A stretch of 61,924 bases of DNA, filler included, from Globobulimina sp. (GCA_003354225.1; 22 parts of 22 records of this genome joined end to end with filler, not necessarily neighbours in it); one strand, 5' to 3'. Counted from the whole stretch's first letter, positions 25,063-37,311 are shown. Notes: generated by a model from the letters alone, not told the origin. Made by a program: numbers and translations.

Positions 25063-25388
25063 GTTGTTTAGGTGATATGTTTAGCTTTTCTTTTTTTTTA
25101 ACTGTTTTTGCTTTTTTTTTGTTTTCTATGTATTTTATTTTAATGTATTTTGTTATCCGCAGTACAGTGTAATCTACAAAAACAAAAAAAGGAAAAGTGA
25201 TTTGTTTTAGAATTTTTTTTTTTTTGAATATTAGAATTTTTTTTTATAATGATGCTCTTTTTTTTTTTGTCTACTGCTGTAATATGTTNNNNNNNNNNNN
25301 NNNNNNNNNNNNNNNNNNNNNNNNNNNNNNNNTTAATTAATTAANNNNNNNNNNNNNNNNNNNNNNNNNNNNNNNNNNNNNNNNNNNN

Positions 25389-25447
25389 AGACTTTTACTA
25401 TTCGTAAAATGTCAGGTACGGTTGGTGTTGAAAGGATTTTTCCTGTA
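25389..25447 (+). other. rplS: Short fragment of bacterial 50S ribosomal protein L19 (chimeric contig end)
   Basis: Translates TFTIRKMSGTVGVERIFPV, the conserved L19 motif TFT.RK.S.GVGVER.FP. Confidence 0.8.
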
Positions 25448-25545
25448 ACAATGGAATTGGACTTGACCCAAAGGTGCACCCGAAGTTGTGTGGCCTGCCC
25501 CTATTCGGTGTCACGACGCCCTGGGCTTACTTTGCAGCTTCCTTT
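25436..25545 (+). other. Fragment of a prokaryotic radical SAM gene
   Basis: In-frame continuation IFPVTMELDLTQRCTRSCVACPY, which contains the CxxxCxxC motif. Confidence 0.65.
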
Positions 25546-25693
25546 TTTGGCCGGAAGTGCCCGCCCCGGCTGAAGCGGTACTGCCGCCATCTGATGCAGA
25601 AGAGTCAACCGAGCCGCCAACAGAAACGCCGACGGAAACCCCGGTTCCCTCCGGCGACTGATGAGCCGTTAGCATAGCAATACTTATCCAATG

Positions 25694-25735
25694 ACAGGGG
25701 CGCTTCTTCAAACTGGGGCGGCCCTGTTTTTATTT
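25694..25735 (+). terminator. Rho-independent terminator-like hairpin between two convergent bacterial gene ends
   Basis: ACAGGGGCGC...GGCGGCCCTGT stem followed by a T-tract, in a GC-rich fragment. Confidence 0.5.
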
Positions 25736-25829
25736 GCAAGAGGCAGCGTTGCCTCCTGATCTGACTGTTTCTTGTTGGGCGTGGGCAGCGTGCGAGACAG
25801 CATGCTGACGCAGCGCTTCAGCAACAGGC

Positions 25830-25980
25830 TGGAGCCTCAAAAACATTTACTGCGGGTTTCCACCCATCCCCAATGTTAGTGTAGGTGATCTCATAGGGGA
25901 CGTTTGCATCAGGGGTCACGGCGCCAAAATCTTCATGAGATACCACTGAAAAGGCCACTTGAATCGGGTCATCATCATGC
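25830..25980 (-). other. C1q-domain exon fragment (animal-like)
   Basis: After a TAG acceptor: HDDDPIQVAFSVVSHEDFG..VPYEITYTNIGDGWKPAVNVFEAP, matching C1q VAF / TNIG.G / F.AP motifs. Confidence 0.6.
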
Positions 25981-26169
25981 TACAACTGAGTTTTATTTAA
26001 TGTAGTTTGGTGAAGAAGAAGAAGAAGAAGAAGAAGTGTTTAAGGTAAAAGGTTTTTGGTTTTTGGATTAGAGATAAATTTAACAAAAAACACAAGGTTT
26101 AGCAGCACACAAAAAACAAAAAACAAAAAGAAAGAAAGCAAGTTTCACATAAATACAATGAGAATTATT

Positions 26170-27507
26170 TTACTTAGAATCTCGAATAATAGTTCTTTGC
26201 GCATAGATTGGAAGATGTGACAAAGTTGCGGAGGTATTACCTGTGGTACCCATGTTAGTAATATTTTTGTTTAATACTGGTAATGGTATATTTGTAGTAG
26301 TTGCAGTAGTTGAAGTAGTTGAGCTACCTTGTTGTAGTTTGGTCGATGAAGAACCCGCATGAAATCTAACCAAATGAGTATTTTCTTGTGTATTTGTGGT
26401 GTTTTTATCTGGTTGCAATTGCTTATTATCGTTTGGTGTACAATTGCAACAATAATGTGTGAGTAAAGCATTTAAATACATCCGATTCGCTGTCACCATC
26501 AAGAATGTGCATACAGCATTAATCACCAAATCTATATTCCCGGCCAACCACAAATAATGAGCTAACGCATTCTCTCTAGAAAATGCTCGATAAAATAAAA
26601 ATGTCACGGACGATAAACACGAAACAGATGAAAATATAATGTTATACTTTATGATGTTTGCGACAGACACTTGTTGCGGATTTATCCTTTTCCACAAAGG
26701 ATAAGCAAACAGAATGACAAAAAAAATGGAGTTAAACACTTCAACACCGACACTTAGGTAAAAGACCCAGGACTCATATTCATCGAACAAGCATGCTGTT
26801 GGAATGACGTTTTCATGGCCGAACGGATCATTCGCCAAACCACGAAATGCTAGCGGGCATAAAATTGAATACAAAGTAAAATATAGCAAAATCCAAATGG
26901 GTAATATATATTTACTGAATATGGCTGGAAATGCATAGCTTTGCGTGGCTTCAATTGCTGACTTGGCGCGTTCGAGAAAAAATCCATAACCAAACTGGAA
27001 ATCAGAAAATGTATCAATATATGCTGCGAACTTTGTTTCTGAGTGCAAGGGGCAAGTTCGTGTGATACAGACTGTTGAGAAAAAAAGTTTGCAGCATAAT
27101 ATTAGTGTAAAAACAGATTTGTGTGTATATTTTTACAATTCATATTCCATAATATCAGATTTCCAATGTAATATAATTAACGTAACTGTTTTGGCCGCTT
27201 CATGCAATACAACACATAATGCCATTCCATAGATACAATACCATTCAGGTAAATAGTTGGAAACATGGTTTAATGTACATTGTATTGAACATACTGCTGC
27301 TGATACATAGGCCCCATACAAGCAGACGTGTTCTCGTTTGCTGGCAATGACTAAAACATGAAAAATATTGTCATCATTCATAAACATGGAATACCAACGA
27401 ATAGATTTGATTTGAAGGATTATCAAAATGATGCAAATAATAAAACACAGTGTCATTGCTGTGGACAATAAATACCAATTAATTACATTGATTTCCAGTT
27501 GGGACAT
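26170..27507 (-). CDS. GPCR-like 7TM protein, spliced
   Basis: Two ORFs supply about 7 hydrophobic helices; TM3 C..G....YGFFLERA split by an intron; TM7 NIDLVINA; S/T-rich tail. Confidence 0.65.
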
Positions 27508-27556
27508 TGTCGTTAATAGTAAAGTTTTTTTTTTATGATATACTAGTTATATAATC

Positions 27557-28108
27557 ATGGCAACACCAACGTTGACGCCAAAAAACCATAGAAGAAGACG
27601 TAAAAGAAAGAAAAAACATCAAAGATCATATTCTCAGGCGCTAGGCGTGAAAAAGCATAAAGAATACAAAGTACCACGCAAATTAGGTCCAGTAGACATT
27701 GGCCGCAACAATTATAAAGGCACAAAATACGAAGATACAAATTATGTGCATTTCCTGCAAGAAAAAATCCATCCACATGCGAGATCCTCCTCCTTTGATT
27801 TGCGCAAAAAACGCAATCCGTTACAAAAAAATCCAACCATCTCAGAAATCGGCACCCCAAACAGTTGGAAAAAGCCCACATTTTATGATGTAGAATCTGA
27901 GAGAATGAAGCGAGATGTTTCTCGGTTAGACTTTCTTTTGGATACAAAACCTATTCATACTCGCGACAAATCGCTCGATCTGCTCAAAGATAGCCATCTG
28001 CCAAAAGGACAATTTGCGCGCGACACAGTGGCTCCGTTTGCATGGCAACCCATCGACTATGAGCTGCAAGTTAATCAAAATAATTTTCTCAGTGAAAAGT
28101 GCTGGTTT
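27557..28108 (+). CDS. Basic hypothetical protein, 3' partial
   Basis: Open frame from ATG to the contig end with an NLS-like RRRRKRKKK. Confidence 0.55.
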
Positions 28109-28489
28109 NNNNNNNNNNNNNNNNNNNNNNNNNNNNNNNNNNNNNNNNNNNNTTAATTAATTAANNNNNNNNNNNNNNNNNNNNNNNNNNNNNNNNNNNN
28201 NNNNNNNNCACTTTCAATGCTTTCGGTTCATTGCTTTTACAACGCCATAACTTTGCTTCACTTGTTCTGTTGTGTGAAATATCCATATTAACAAATTATG
28301 AATTATTTACTCATAATTATAATTATGGTTTGTCCGCATCCTGTGTATTATATTAATGGTGTGTTTGATTTGCTCCATTTTGTTACCATTCTCGTCGTCA
28401 GTTTTATTAATTTTACCATGATGAATCGACTAAGGGTTTAGTTGGATAGTCTAACGATTTTTGAAAATCATACAACAACATTACAAACA

Positions 28490-28933
28490 TTATTTATTTA
28501 TAACTAATAACGGTGTAGTTTCTGTATGATTGTTAGATTCATGCGAAGTGGAATCAATGTTTCTATTCTTAGTTCGATAATAACTATAAAAACAATATAA
28601 TATCGAAGCACAGAATGCAATGCCTACAGATATGATGATTGCCAGCATGGAATAATCAAACGATTCCACGAATAACTGTTGGTTGTCCATTATCTCTGTA
28701 TTGGGCACCTTATAATCATCAAACTCGAAACCAGAAAAATTTCCATATATAATTTGGAACACAACATCATCTTCATCTGCAATGTATATTTTTTCCAAAT
28801 CAAATTTTCCCATTTGTTGATTATTAGGACATGGTGTGGAGCACCATTGTTTATGGTAATTTGCGCATGAAATGAAATTTGGCTCCAAATTGAGACGCGA
28901 GGATGTGATGGAATTCAAAGTACCTTTAAACAC
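28490..28933 (-). CDS. Hypothetical single-pass membrane protein (C-terminal part)
   Basis: TM helix MLAIIISVGIAFCASILY and a dileucine-type tail ETTPLL; start uncertain. Confidence 0.45.
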   Translation of the reverse strand: MFKGTLNSITSSRLNLEPNFISCANYHKQWCSTPCPNNQQMGKFDLEKIYIADEDDVVFQIIYGNFSGFEFDDYKVPNTEIMDNQQLFVESFDYSMLAIIISVGIAFCASILYCFYSYYRTKNRNIDSTSHESNNHTETTPLLVINK

Positions 28934-29438
28934 ACAAATGATTCGTGCGTATGTTGTCGAAGATTGTCTTGCTGATGGAACAAATGGTGAGATACTTAAA
29001 TGTCAGGGTGGTACCGGTAAGAAATATGTCCGCTTGTTTGTTAAATCTCAAATGGATAAAGGAGTTCATATGAAATTACATGTTTGGTACAAATGATGAG
29101 CAACACGTTTTCATCGCTAATTGTTCGCAGTTTATTATCATTGATTAATTTATTTTATTTTTATTATTAATATTTTATATAATTATGTTGATTGTATGTA
29201 AATTAAATAAATTGTACAATATATATTACAGAATACTGGGGGACTTCGTTGATCACAAAGCGTTAAACTCCGATCATAAATTATTGTTGGCTGTTTTGCT
29301 TGCTTTATATTTATCATTGTTTTAAAAAAATTCAGTTATTTTGTGCATTGCTTACTGAAAAAAGCCTAAAGAATATAAAATAAATAATGACTGCAATACA
29401 CTTCAACAAAAATAATATAGCTATGGTCACATCAAATG

Positions 29439-30590
29439 TTATGCTTTTACATGTTGTGCATAATCATTATCCTCTGCAATACATTTTAATCCATAAAAAT
29501 ATTGTGTTTCCTGTTTATATCCCGTTACGAACGCTATCCAATTTCCTACGACACCTTTACTAAAAACACCATCAGTAATTCCATATTCCTTGTTTTTATC
29601 AATTTTTTTCATATACTTTATAAAATGTTTATTGTTCTCTGGTTTAGTCGTTTCGAATGTGGTTATATTGTTCGTGACATACCAACAATGAAACACCAAC
29701 AACGGAACAGTTCTAATCATAATGGCAAACATATAAATCAAAACAAACGAAATCACAAACCAACCAAATGGATCATCGAAAAGTGGATCCTCGCCATTGA
29801 CTAAATGCACAAAAATACTAAATTTGACGCAAAATGCAGTGGTAAAGATAAATGATTCGAAAAATAATAATAGCAAAAAAAATCTATGGTTATTTGCGCC
29901 GATTGCATTTCCAATCCATGAGCTATGATGGTCGAATCTTGCAACACAAGCACCACTTCGCATATCATGGCCAGATCTAATGGGCGATACAATTTCACAT
30001 TCATTGCAAAAAGAACTTGGCTTATTCGAGATAGCAACAGCTAGCGGCTCGAACGAGTACTTTAAAGTAGTAGCAACATATAAAAATATTTAGTTTTAAT
30101 TGTTGCCATATATCGATGCAAAACAGATATCAAAACTATGTGGTAGTACTACCTTGAAATTTGATTTTTCATTCAGTAACGGTGATGATTCATTTTTTAT
30201 TCCAGTTCCACCGGAATTGAAAATCAACGTAGAACGTGGTATAATGCCGGGATTTATGAATGATGTGAGCATATAAGTAATAATGCAAAATAACTGTGTT
30301 ACATGGAACAATATGTTATAATGATAAGGGTTTCCATATTCTTCTACATTTTTTACAAATTCTGAAAATGGGAATGAATAAAATGTCAATGCAATAACAA
30401 TTTGTAATAAAACATATTTGCAACGGCTAATCCAAGCACTTATTGATCCATATTTTATTTCTCTTTCAGTTGCTGATCCCGCAAAGCATGCACAACGTGT
30501 AAGCTTGCATAATGCCACTGTGCCTTCCAAGATAAACGGGAAAAGAAGAAACGTCACTATTGTTGGCCAGAGTGTTTCGGATGACAGCAT
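29439..30590 (-). CDS. DHHC-family palmitoyltransferase homolog with a DHHS active site, spliced
   Basis: NPG motif; intron at about 30151-30060; CNEC..RSGHDMRSGACVARFDHHSSWIGNAIGANNHRFF; NITTFE (TTxE). Confidence 0.85.
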
Positions 30591-30642
30591 TGTTTGATCG
30601 ACTTTAAAGAAAACGTTTTTTGAGCTACAACATATATAAAGA

Positions 30643-30927
30643 ATGGCACAAGCAGACGGAACATATTCAGAAGTAACAACAGAAACATCAACAGCAACAC
30701 CATCAGCCCCATCAGAAACAACCACAACTTCAACCACAACCACAACCACAGCCTCTCTTTTCCTTCCAGATTCAGTTCCAAACGAATTTAAGGATGATTC
30801 ATTTTTAAGCGGCATTCGTTCCGCTAAACAGACATTAGGCGCCGTAGAGACCGGCTTATCCGCAAAATCAGAATTTGAATTATATTTCCAAACCGGCGCC
30901 ACCGTCTTAGACCTACCAACCTTACAA
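30643..30927 (+). CDS. Hypothetical Thr-rich protein, 3' partial
   Basis: Open frame from ATG to the contig end, preceded by TATATAAAA. Confidence 0.5.
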
Positions 30928-31172
30928 NNNNNNNNNNNNNNNNNNNNNNNNNNNNNNNNNNNNNNNNNNNNTTAATTAATTAANNNNNNNNNNNNNNNNN
31001 NNNNNNNNNNNNNNNNNNNNNNNNNNNGGTTGGTTACATCCTTTCCGCCGGCTAGGAAAAAGTAGGCATAACACCCAATTAATAAGAAACAATAAATTAA
31101 CAATCCGCCGCACAAATATACCATTCTTTGATATAACCTCTTCATCGCTGCTTCTTTCTATAATATACAACT

Positions 31173-31967
31173 TTATATAGCACATATTTGGAGAGAAAAA
31201 CATATGCATTTAACAGCGTCGGTCTTTATGGCGCGCGACTTTTCGTATTTGTATATTTTACCGAATATTACAACAATTTTAAGCAAGAAGCGCAGCAAAG
31301 TGAGAAAGAATATGATTTGACATGAGATGTATATATAAGCCCAATAATTATATATTTTGTCGAATATGTGATATTTGTGGTCGCGGAGCCCAAAGGATAC
31401 GATTTCGATAAAACAGGAACATAAACCATTGATAAAAACGTATGCAACTAATATGAAGTTATAATATGACGGCAGTTTCAGAGCGTGTACGATTTTGTGA
31501 TAAGATGAAATTGTTCGATGCGCAATCACCGAGATTATAAATGTTACTCCGAAATCTGCCAAAGATGATAAAGAAACAATGAGTAGATTTTCAAAACCAC
31601 GCAGTGATGAACTAAAATAAAATTGAAACGGCCAAAGTGAATAAAATATTAATATAAAACAACACAATAAACGTAATCGCTCGAATGTTTTGTAATCATT
31701 GGATGATAAATTTCCGATTTCAATGCTTTTCTGATTACGACGATGAGATTGTTGATCTTTTACGTCATATTTGCCAACACAATATATATGCACAAATAAT
31801 ATGAAAAATATTGACATTACAATGTTTACAGATACCCAGGCCCAGAGGCATTCGTCATTTTCATCAAACGCTAAGTGTAGCGTCATGTAATGCAAAAGTC
31901 GATTTTTCGAACTAAGAAATTTAAGTGCAAAGTAAAAATCTAATTTTGTATGTGTACGTGAATGCAT
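31173..31967 (-). CDS. Multi-pass membrane (GPCR-like) protein
   Basis: At least 5 hydrophobic helices; TM3-like IISVIAHR. Confidence 0.55.
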   Translation of the reverse strand: MHSRTHTKLDFYFALKFLSSKNRLLHYMTLHLAFDENDECLWAWVSVNIVMSIFFILFVHIYCVGKYDVKDQQSHRRNQKSIEIGNLSSNDYKTFERLRLLCCFILIFYSLWPFQFYFSSSLRGFENLLIVSLSSLADFGVTFIISVIAHRTISSYHKIVHALKLPSYYNFILVAYVFINGLCSCFIEIVSFGLRDHKYHIFDKIYNYWAYIYISCQIIFFLTLLRFLLKIVVIFGKIYKYEKSRAIKTDAVKCICFSLQICAI

Positions 31968-32062
31968 ATGTTACGTGTTTGCGATGCAAATAAACGTTGG
32001 CTAGTTTATTCGTGTCATTTGGTTTGCAATATAATATACCCATCAATCACTCTGTTATTATA

Positions 32063-32267
32063 CATTTTCAGTTTTTTTAACATGCTATTTTATTTTGTAT
32101 ATGAAATCTCAAAAAATAACTTTTTGTTCGAGAAAAGTTATTTTGTATCTATATGACAAAAAATCATCAACGCCTTCATTTTTGTATTGATCACGGCCTT
32201 TTATGTATATGACAAAAAAAATAACTATACAAAATAAAATAGCATGTTGTTATAAAAACTGAAAATG
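32063..32267. mobile_element. MITE-like element with ~40-bp inverted termini
   Basis: CATTTTCAGTTTTT..AACATGCTATTTTATTTTGTATA at 32063-32101 is inverted at 32226-32267. Confidence 0.55.
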
Positions 32268-32386
32268 AAAATACGATCAAGAGTACAGTACAGTATATAT
32301 ATGAATATAAAATAAGATAAGTCAGCTCCGTGTTACAAATATGTACAGTAAAGCAAATATGTGCAGTAAATACGTTAATTTCTGCA

Positions 32387-33746
32387 TTATTTAAACCATG
32401 GAAGGGTCTTTATATCTGCCATAACAATTCGTTTATCTTCAGGTTTAAAAAATAATTCAAATAATTCCATAATATGACTATTAACATATGTATATCTGTT
32501 CCATGATTTTAACACTTGTATAATAAATCCCCCATCAAATATTGCCCTAAAGAGATGAGCCGATTCATGGGCAATGCTCCACGGCCCGCTTCCAATTACC
32601 ATTATAAATAACATTATACCCGCACACCAAATATCATTTGATTTAGCATTGAAATAGTTATCTTTTCTTACAATTTCAGGTGATTTATACTGCCGTTTAC
32701 CTACGAATTTATTTGAATAAAAAGCTGCTACGCCACTTGCATTTTTAACATGGAATCTTTCCGCTAAACCAAAGTCTTTAATTTTATTAAATATATATGT
32801 ATACACTTTAGAGTTTAGAGTTTCTAACACGTCCTATTCTAAACTATATAACATAGACGAATATATATGTAACATACCACATAATTTTATACGAATATCG
32901 TTTTTAACAAATTCAATTTGCTGAGGTTCATTTCGACCGTTATTAATACATTTCGTTTTAATATCATTTATCAAAAAATTCTCCATTGACAGATCAAAAT
33001 GACAAACACTTTTTGAATGAAGAAATTCAATGCATTCTATCATTTGTTTAAATATTATTTGTATAACCTGCTGCCATTCAGATATTGTAACTGTTCCCAT
33101 TTGTACCAATTGATGCGTTCTGACGACGAAATCGAACAAAGGACTTCCACCATCTTCCATTACCAAGAAATAACAACGATCACTGTGATTATATGTGGTA
33201 TTTTTTTGTTTACATGTTATAACATATAGGTAAAGGATATTTTTGTTATAGCATATAGGTAAAGGATAAATGCATAATAATACCGTTCAAAAAATGCATG
33301 GTATTTTACAATGGAATTTGGAATGTCTTCTTGTTGAGTTAAATATTTTAAAATGCCTGATTCGGAAACGATATCTTCAGATACATTTGGATGGAATGCT
33401 CCATTATAGATTGCCATTGAATTTTGATGCAAATATTTTGATGTTACTTTGATTACAACATTTTTATTTGATGACGATTCTAGCGCTTTCCAAACACTTC
33501 CTATGTACAGTACAAACAGGTGTGCCACATTTTTTTTATGGTACCTTGTAATGTGTCGGTGATTTTGGCTAATTTTGCAAACCCAGCTTCTTTCAACATT
33601 TTCTTTAAATTATTATCACTAGGTAGCGTTTGTTTGGTTGCTTCCATTTCGAGTGTGCTTTTTGCAGACGAATCACAGAAGGTTTCGGGATACGTATACT
33701 TTAGAATATGACCTGTTTGAAACACTGCGTGTTTAAACAATTTAAA
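32387..33746 (-). CDS. Atypical Ser/Thr protein kinase, multi-exon, 5' partial
   Basis: TLQG|SVW, VVIK, HFDLSMEN, DFGLAE, YKSPE and DIW motifs across four ORFs separated by short introns. Confidence 0.9.
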
Positions 33747-34017
33747 NNNNNNNNNNNNNNNNNNNNNNNNNNNNNNNNNNNNNNNNNNNNTTAATTAATT
33801 AANNNNNNNNNNNNNNNNNNNNNNNNNNNNNNNNNNNNNNNNNNNNACTAGCTTGCGTGCAAATTATAGTAACTTTAAATATAAATAATTTAGAAAAGTA
33901 AATAGCACAAAACAAAAACAATAAAAAAAAATAAACTCTTTCAAACAAACACTGACAGAAACAGCTTAAAACATAAAAATATCAAGGGGTATAAGTATGC
34001 GCTCATTGTACCATCAC

Positions 34018-35194
34018 TCAATTTCTTGGTAAAAAAAAGGTTTCATACTGTATTTTTCTGCTGGAACCAAAATAATAATAAACATGCATTCCCGTCCAAT
34101 CAATGGAAATCCGCGTAAAGCCGCCATCATCACATCCATGAAACTTTAGCGAACCATCCGGAATTGTATCTATATGCTCGTCTGAGCTCTCACAGGAATG
34201 GGCGCCTCCAGTATCAACATAGCCTATTCCGCTATCTTCGATATATTGAAATCCATGATCATGGCCACTGAAATAAGCAGTGCCTTTATATTCCTTCATT
34301 AACGGATTTAACCTCTCAACCAAATCACGCGTGGAACCATGCTCTTCGATGGAATAAATTGGATAATGGCCCGCTACGATTAAATACGATGCAGTCGATG
34401 CTAAATACAATCAAAAAAACGACTGCTGGATCGGAAAAAAATAAATTGTATACCTTTCATTGTATCTTCTATCCATCGCCATTGCTCTCGCGCACAGCCT
34501 ACATTTTCAGGACCTTTTGGTTGAATAAAACAATCTTCTTTGGCTATACCATGTGATTGACAATAATTCCATGAATAACTGTGTCCCGATAATAGTACAG
34601 TGTCAATCATTAATATCTCAACAAACTTACGTATTGTTCCAGGTATTTTAAATTTTAAACTATACCAAAAATTAGGATACGTCCACCGTTTGCTGTGATT
34701 GCTGTACTCAATTTGCCCGGTTATGTTTCCATAGTGATCGTGATTACCCGCTACGAAGTAAAATGGAATATGCTTTAATGATTTTGCAGTAAATACGTTT
34801 TCAAATGTTTCTTTAAAACGCGTATCGTACTCATTTACAACACCATCTTCATACATATTATCTCCTACACTCAATACATAATCAACACCAATACTTTTAC
34901 CAATTTTACCCATTATTTTGGCAGTGTGAAGTTGAGCGGCTGTTGTATATGGTTCCAACTGTTATTGACAAAGGGATAATTATTACACGCTACAAAATCA
35001 AAATAAAAGTGTATACCGTTTGTCCGCCCCTGTTTATACAAACAAGTGGTGTTTGCAGCGACACATTTGCTTTTTGGTGCTTATTGAATTGTAACGTACA
35101 CATACCAGTCTCCCATGACCAAAATGTCCAAACTCTTTTTTGTTGTTGCTATATTTAACACTGCAACAGAAAATAACAATATTGCATAAACCAT
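34018..35194 (-). CDS. Secreted purple acid phosphatase (ACP5/TRAP-like metallophosphoesterase)
   Basis: Signal peptide MVYAILLFSVAV; GDW|GG, GDNMY, GNHD, GHYP, GHDH; includes a 13-nt exon at 35029-35017. Confidence 0.93.
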
Positions 35195-35278
35195 GGTTGT
35201 TGAGCAGCGCATGAAGCAAATGAAGAAGCAAGAAAAAGTGTGAAAAAAAAACTGTTGAAAAACATCAAAATGCTTCGT

Positions 35279-35983
35279 TCATGTGATGAGTTGAAGACAA
35301 TCGCCAACTTTAAAATAGCCAGTTTGATTTGAAACTTCTTCTTTATCCCATCTTCCATGTGCATCACCTATTGAACCGCCATTGATTGAGCTCCATACAA
35401 TTATCCATCCAACATAATTTGTTCCCAAATGACGTATTTGAAATCTTTGATCGTTCCATTTTTCAGTGTTTAAATATGTATTCAACTGTTTTTTATCAAA
35501 ATTAAAATATGTTCCAACTTTATTACTTGAATGATCAACGCTTAATATTTCTAACACATTTTTTTTGCCTAAGTTTGATATATAATTCAAAGTATTGTTT
35601 TTATTTGTTGTCATGTTTGAATATATTTCATGGTCATCCATGTTATTCAATTGATTTAACAATTCTTTTTTTCTCTGTTCTAATTTTAATTGATATTCGT
35701 TGAATGTTTCTTCAATTTCTTTTTTGGTTTTTTCTTTTTTTAAACTGTTTTTGGACATTTTTGGATTTTGTCTTATTGCATTGAATGCTTTTCTCACTGT
35801 GCCTGGTACTGTATGTTAAATCAGTTAAAGAACACAATATATGTTGATTTAAATACTCACATATAAATGTTATGAATTGTTTGGTGACAGACCATCATTT
35901 TCTAGGAAATAATCTGCCAATATATCCATCGGATTTTCCTTATTTTCATCATTTGTTGATTTTCACTCTAATTCATGAGCCAT
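35279..35983 (-). pseudogene. Disrupted hypothetical coiled-coil gene
   Basis: Exon 1 has TGA at codon 7 and needs a 1-nt frameshift near 35880 to splice in frame onto the 35279-35797 ORF. Confidence 0.45.
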
Positions 35984-36081
35984 TGCAACAGAAAACAGTT
36001 TTTGTTACACATACTAGTAAAAGGAATATATGAGCTCGAACGCATACTAGTATTATAAAACAATGACAAGAATCACAAGAT

Positions 36082-36564
36082 TTATTTAGAATTTCGAAGT
36101 CTATTTTGTTCCATTTTCGCAAAATCATCATATCCAGACAATGATTCCAATGCCAATATCAATGCTTGTGTTCCCTTTTTGCCATTGCCTTGACTTTGCA
36201 ATGCAATGTACATTTGATGTGCTAACGACAATCCTGGCAATGCAATATCCATTTTCTTAGCTTCATCCAATGCAATACCCATATCTTTAATAAAATGTTC
36301 AACAAAAAATCCTGGATCTAAGTCACCAGAAACTATTCTTGGACCTAACACATTTATACTAAACGAGCCAGCTGCACCACTCCCAATTGCTTTTATTGTC
36401 TCATCCAAATCCAATCCAACACGATATGCATATAATAAGCCTTCACAAACACCGATCATATTCGAAGCAATCAATATTTGATTCACCATTTTAGTATGTT
36501 GTCCACTGCCAACTTGTTCGCCTAAATGTTTTATATTATTGCCCATGATCTCAAATAACGGCAA
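36082..36564 (-). CDS. Beta-hydroxyacid (3-hydroxyisobutyrate/tartronate semialdehyde-type) dehydrogenase, 5' partial
   Basis: [35 protein letters not shown]. Confidence 0.9.
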   Translation of the reverse strand: MPLFEIMGNNIKHLGEQVGSGQHTKMVNQILIASNMIGVCEGLLYAYRVGLDLDETIKAIGSGAAGSFSINVLGPRIVSGDLDPGFFVEHFIKDMGIALDEAKKMDIALPGLSLAHQMYIALQSQGNGKKGTQALILALESLSGYDDFAKMEQNRLRNSK

Positions 36565-36665
36565 ANNNNNNNNNNNNNNNNNNNNNNNNNNNNNNNNNNN
36601 NNNNNNNNNTTAATTAATTAANNNNNNNNNNNNNNNNNNNNNNNNNNNNNNNNNNNNNNNNNNNN

Positions 36666-37290
36666 CACTTTAGATAATGAAAAATATGGTATGTATTTTG
36701 ATGAAATATTGGATAAAAATGATTTCAATGCAAGCTGTGATTTTCCATCGTCTTTATTTTATTTAGAATTAATTGAATATTATAAACAAAAAAGTATGGA
36801 TTATAAAATTATATTGACAGTTCGAGATAATTCAGAAAAATGGCACACGTCATTTACAAATACAATCGGTCAATTCGAGGGATTATTTGATAAATGGTTT
36901 TGGAAATTACTTGGCAAACCATATCAACATAGTAAATTTGCTCAGATTATGTTTAAATTAATATTTGATGAAAATAACTCCAAGAATAGGTCTAAAGAGA
37001 ATGTAATGAATAAATATGATTTATGGATTGAATCAGTTAAAAAGACTGTGGATAAAGATAAATTATTAATTTTTAATGTGAAATCAGGTTGGAAGCCACT
37101 ATGTAATTTTTTAAAAATGGAGATACCACAAAAATATGCAAATAAACCGGATGAATTTATTAGAACCAATGAATCAAAGGAAATAAAGTCAGTTATTAAC
37201 AGAATAAAAATGTTTAATTTATGCACAGATATTGTAGTGGCTGTTATTGTGTTAGCTGCAGTTGGTTTTGTTTGTGTTAATGTCTTTTAG
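36666..37290 (+). CDS. Sulfotransferase-like P-loop protein with a C-terminal TM anchor, 5' partial
   Basis: DFP, KIILTVRD..KWHTS, V.KDKLLIFNVKSGWKPLCNFL. Confidence 0.8.
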
Positions 37291-37311
37291 TATAAGTTTT
37301 CAGTGCAAAAA

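Noticed and set aside
25389-25545. Genuine L19-radical SAM fusion gene
   Set aside because: Both parts are tiny fragments within a multi-source patchwork at a contig end; a chimera is more likely.
30591-30902. N-terminal extension of the 268-aa ORF (DHHC homolog)
   Set aside because: It is the antisense shadow of the Thr-rich plus-strand gene; the ATG at 30590 is the more plausible start.
35860-35983. In-frame TGA/TAA as selenocysteine or a variant genetic code
   Set aside because: A frameshift is also needed, and long genes elsewhere end normally at TAA, TAG and TGA. A pseudogene is the simpler explanation.
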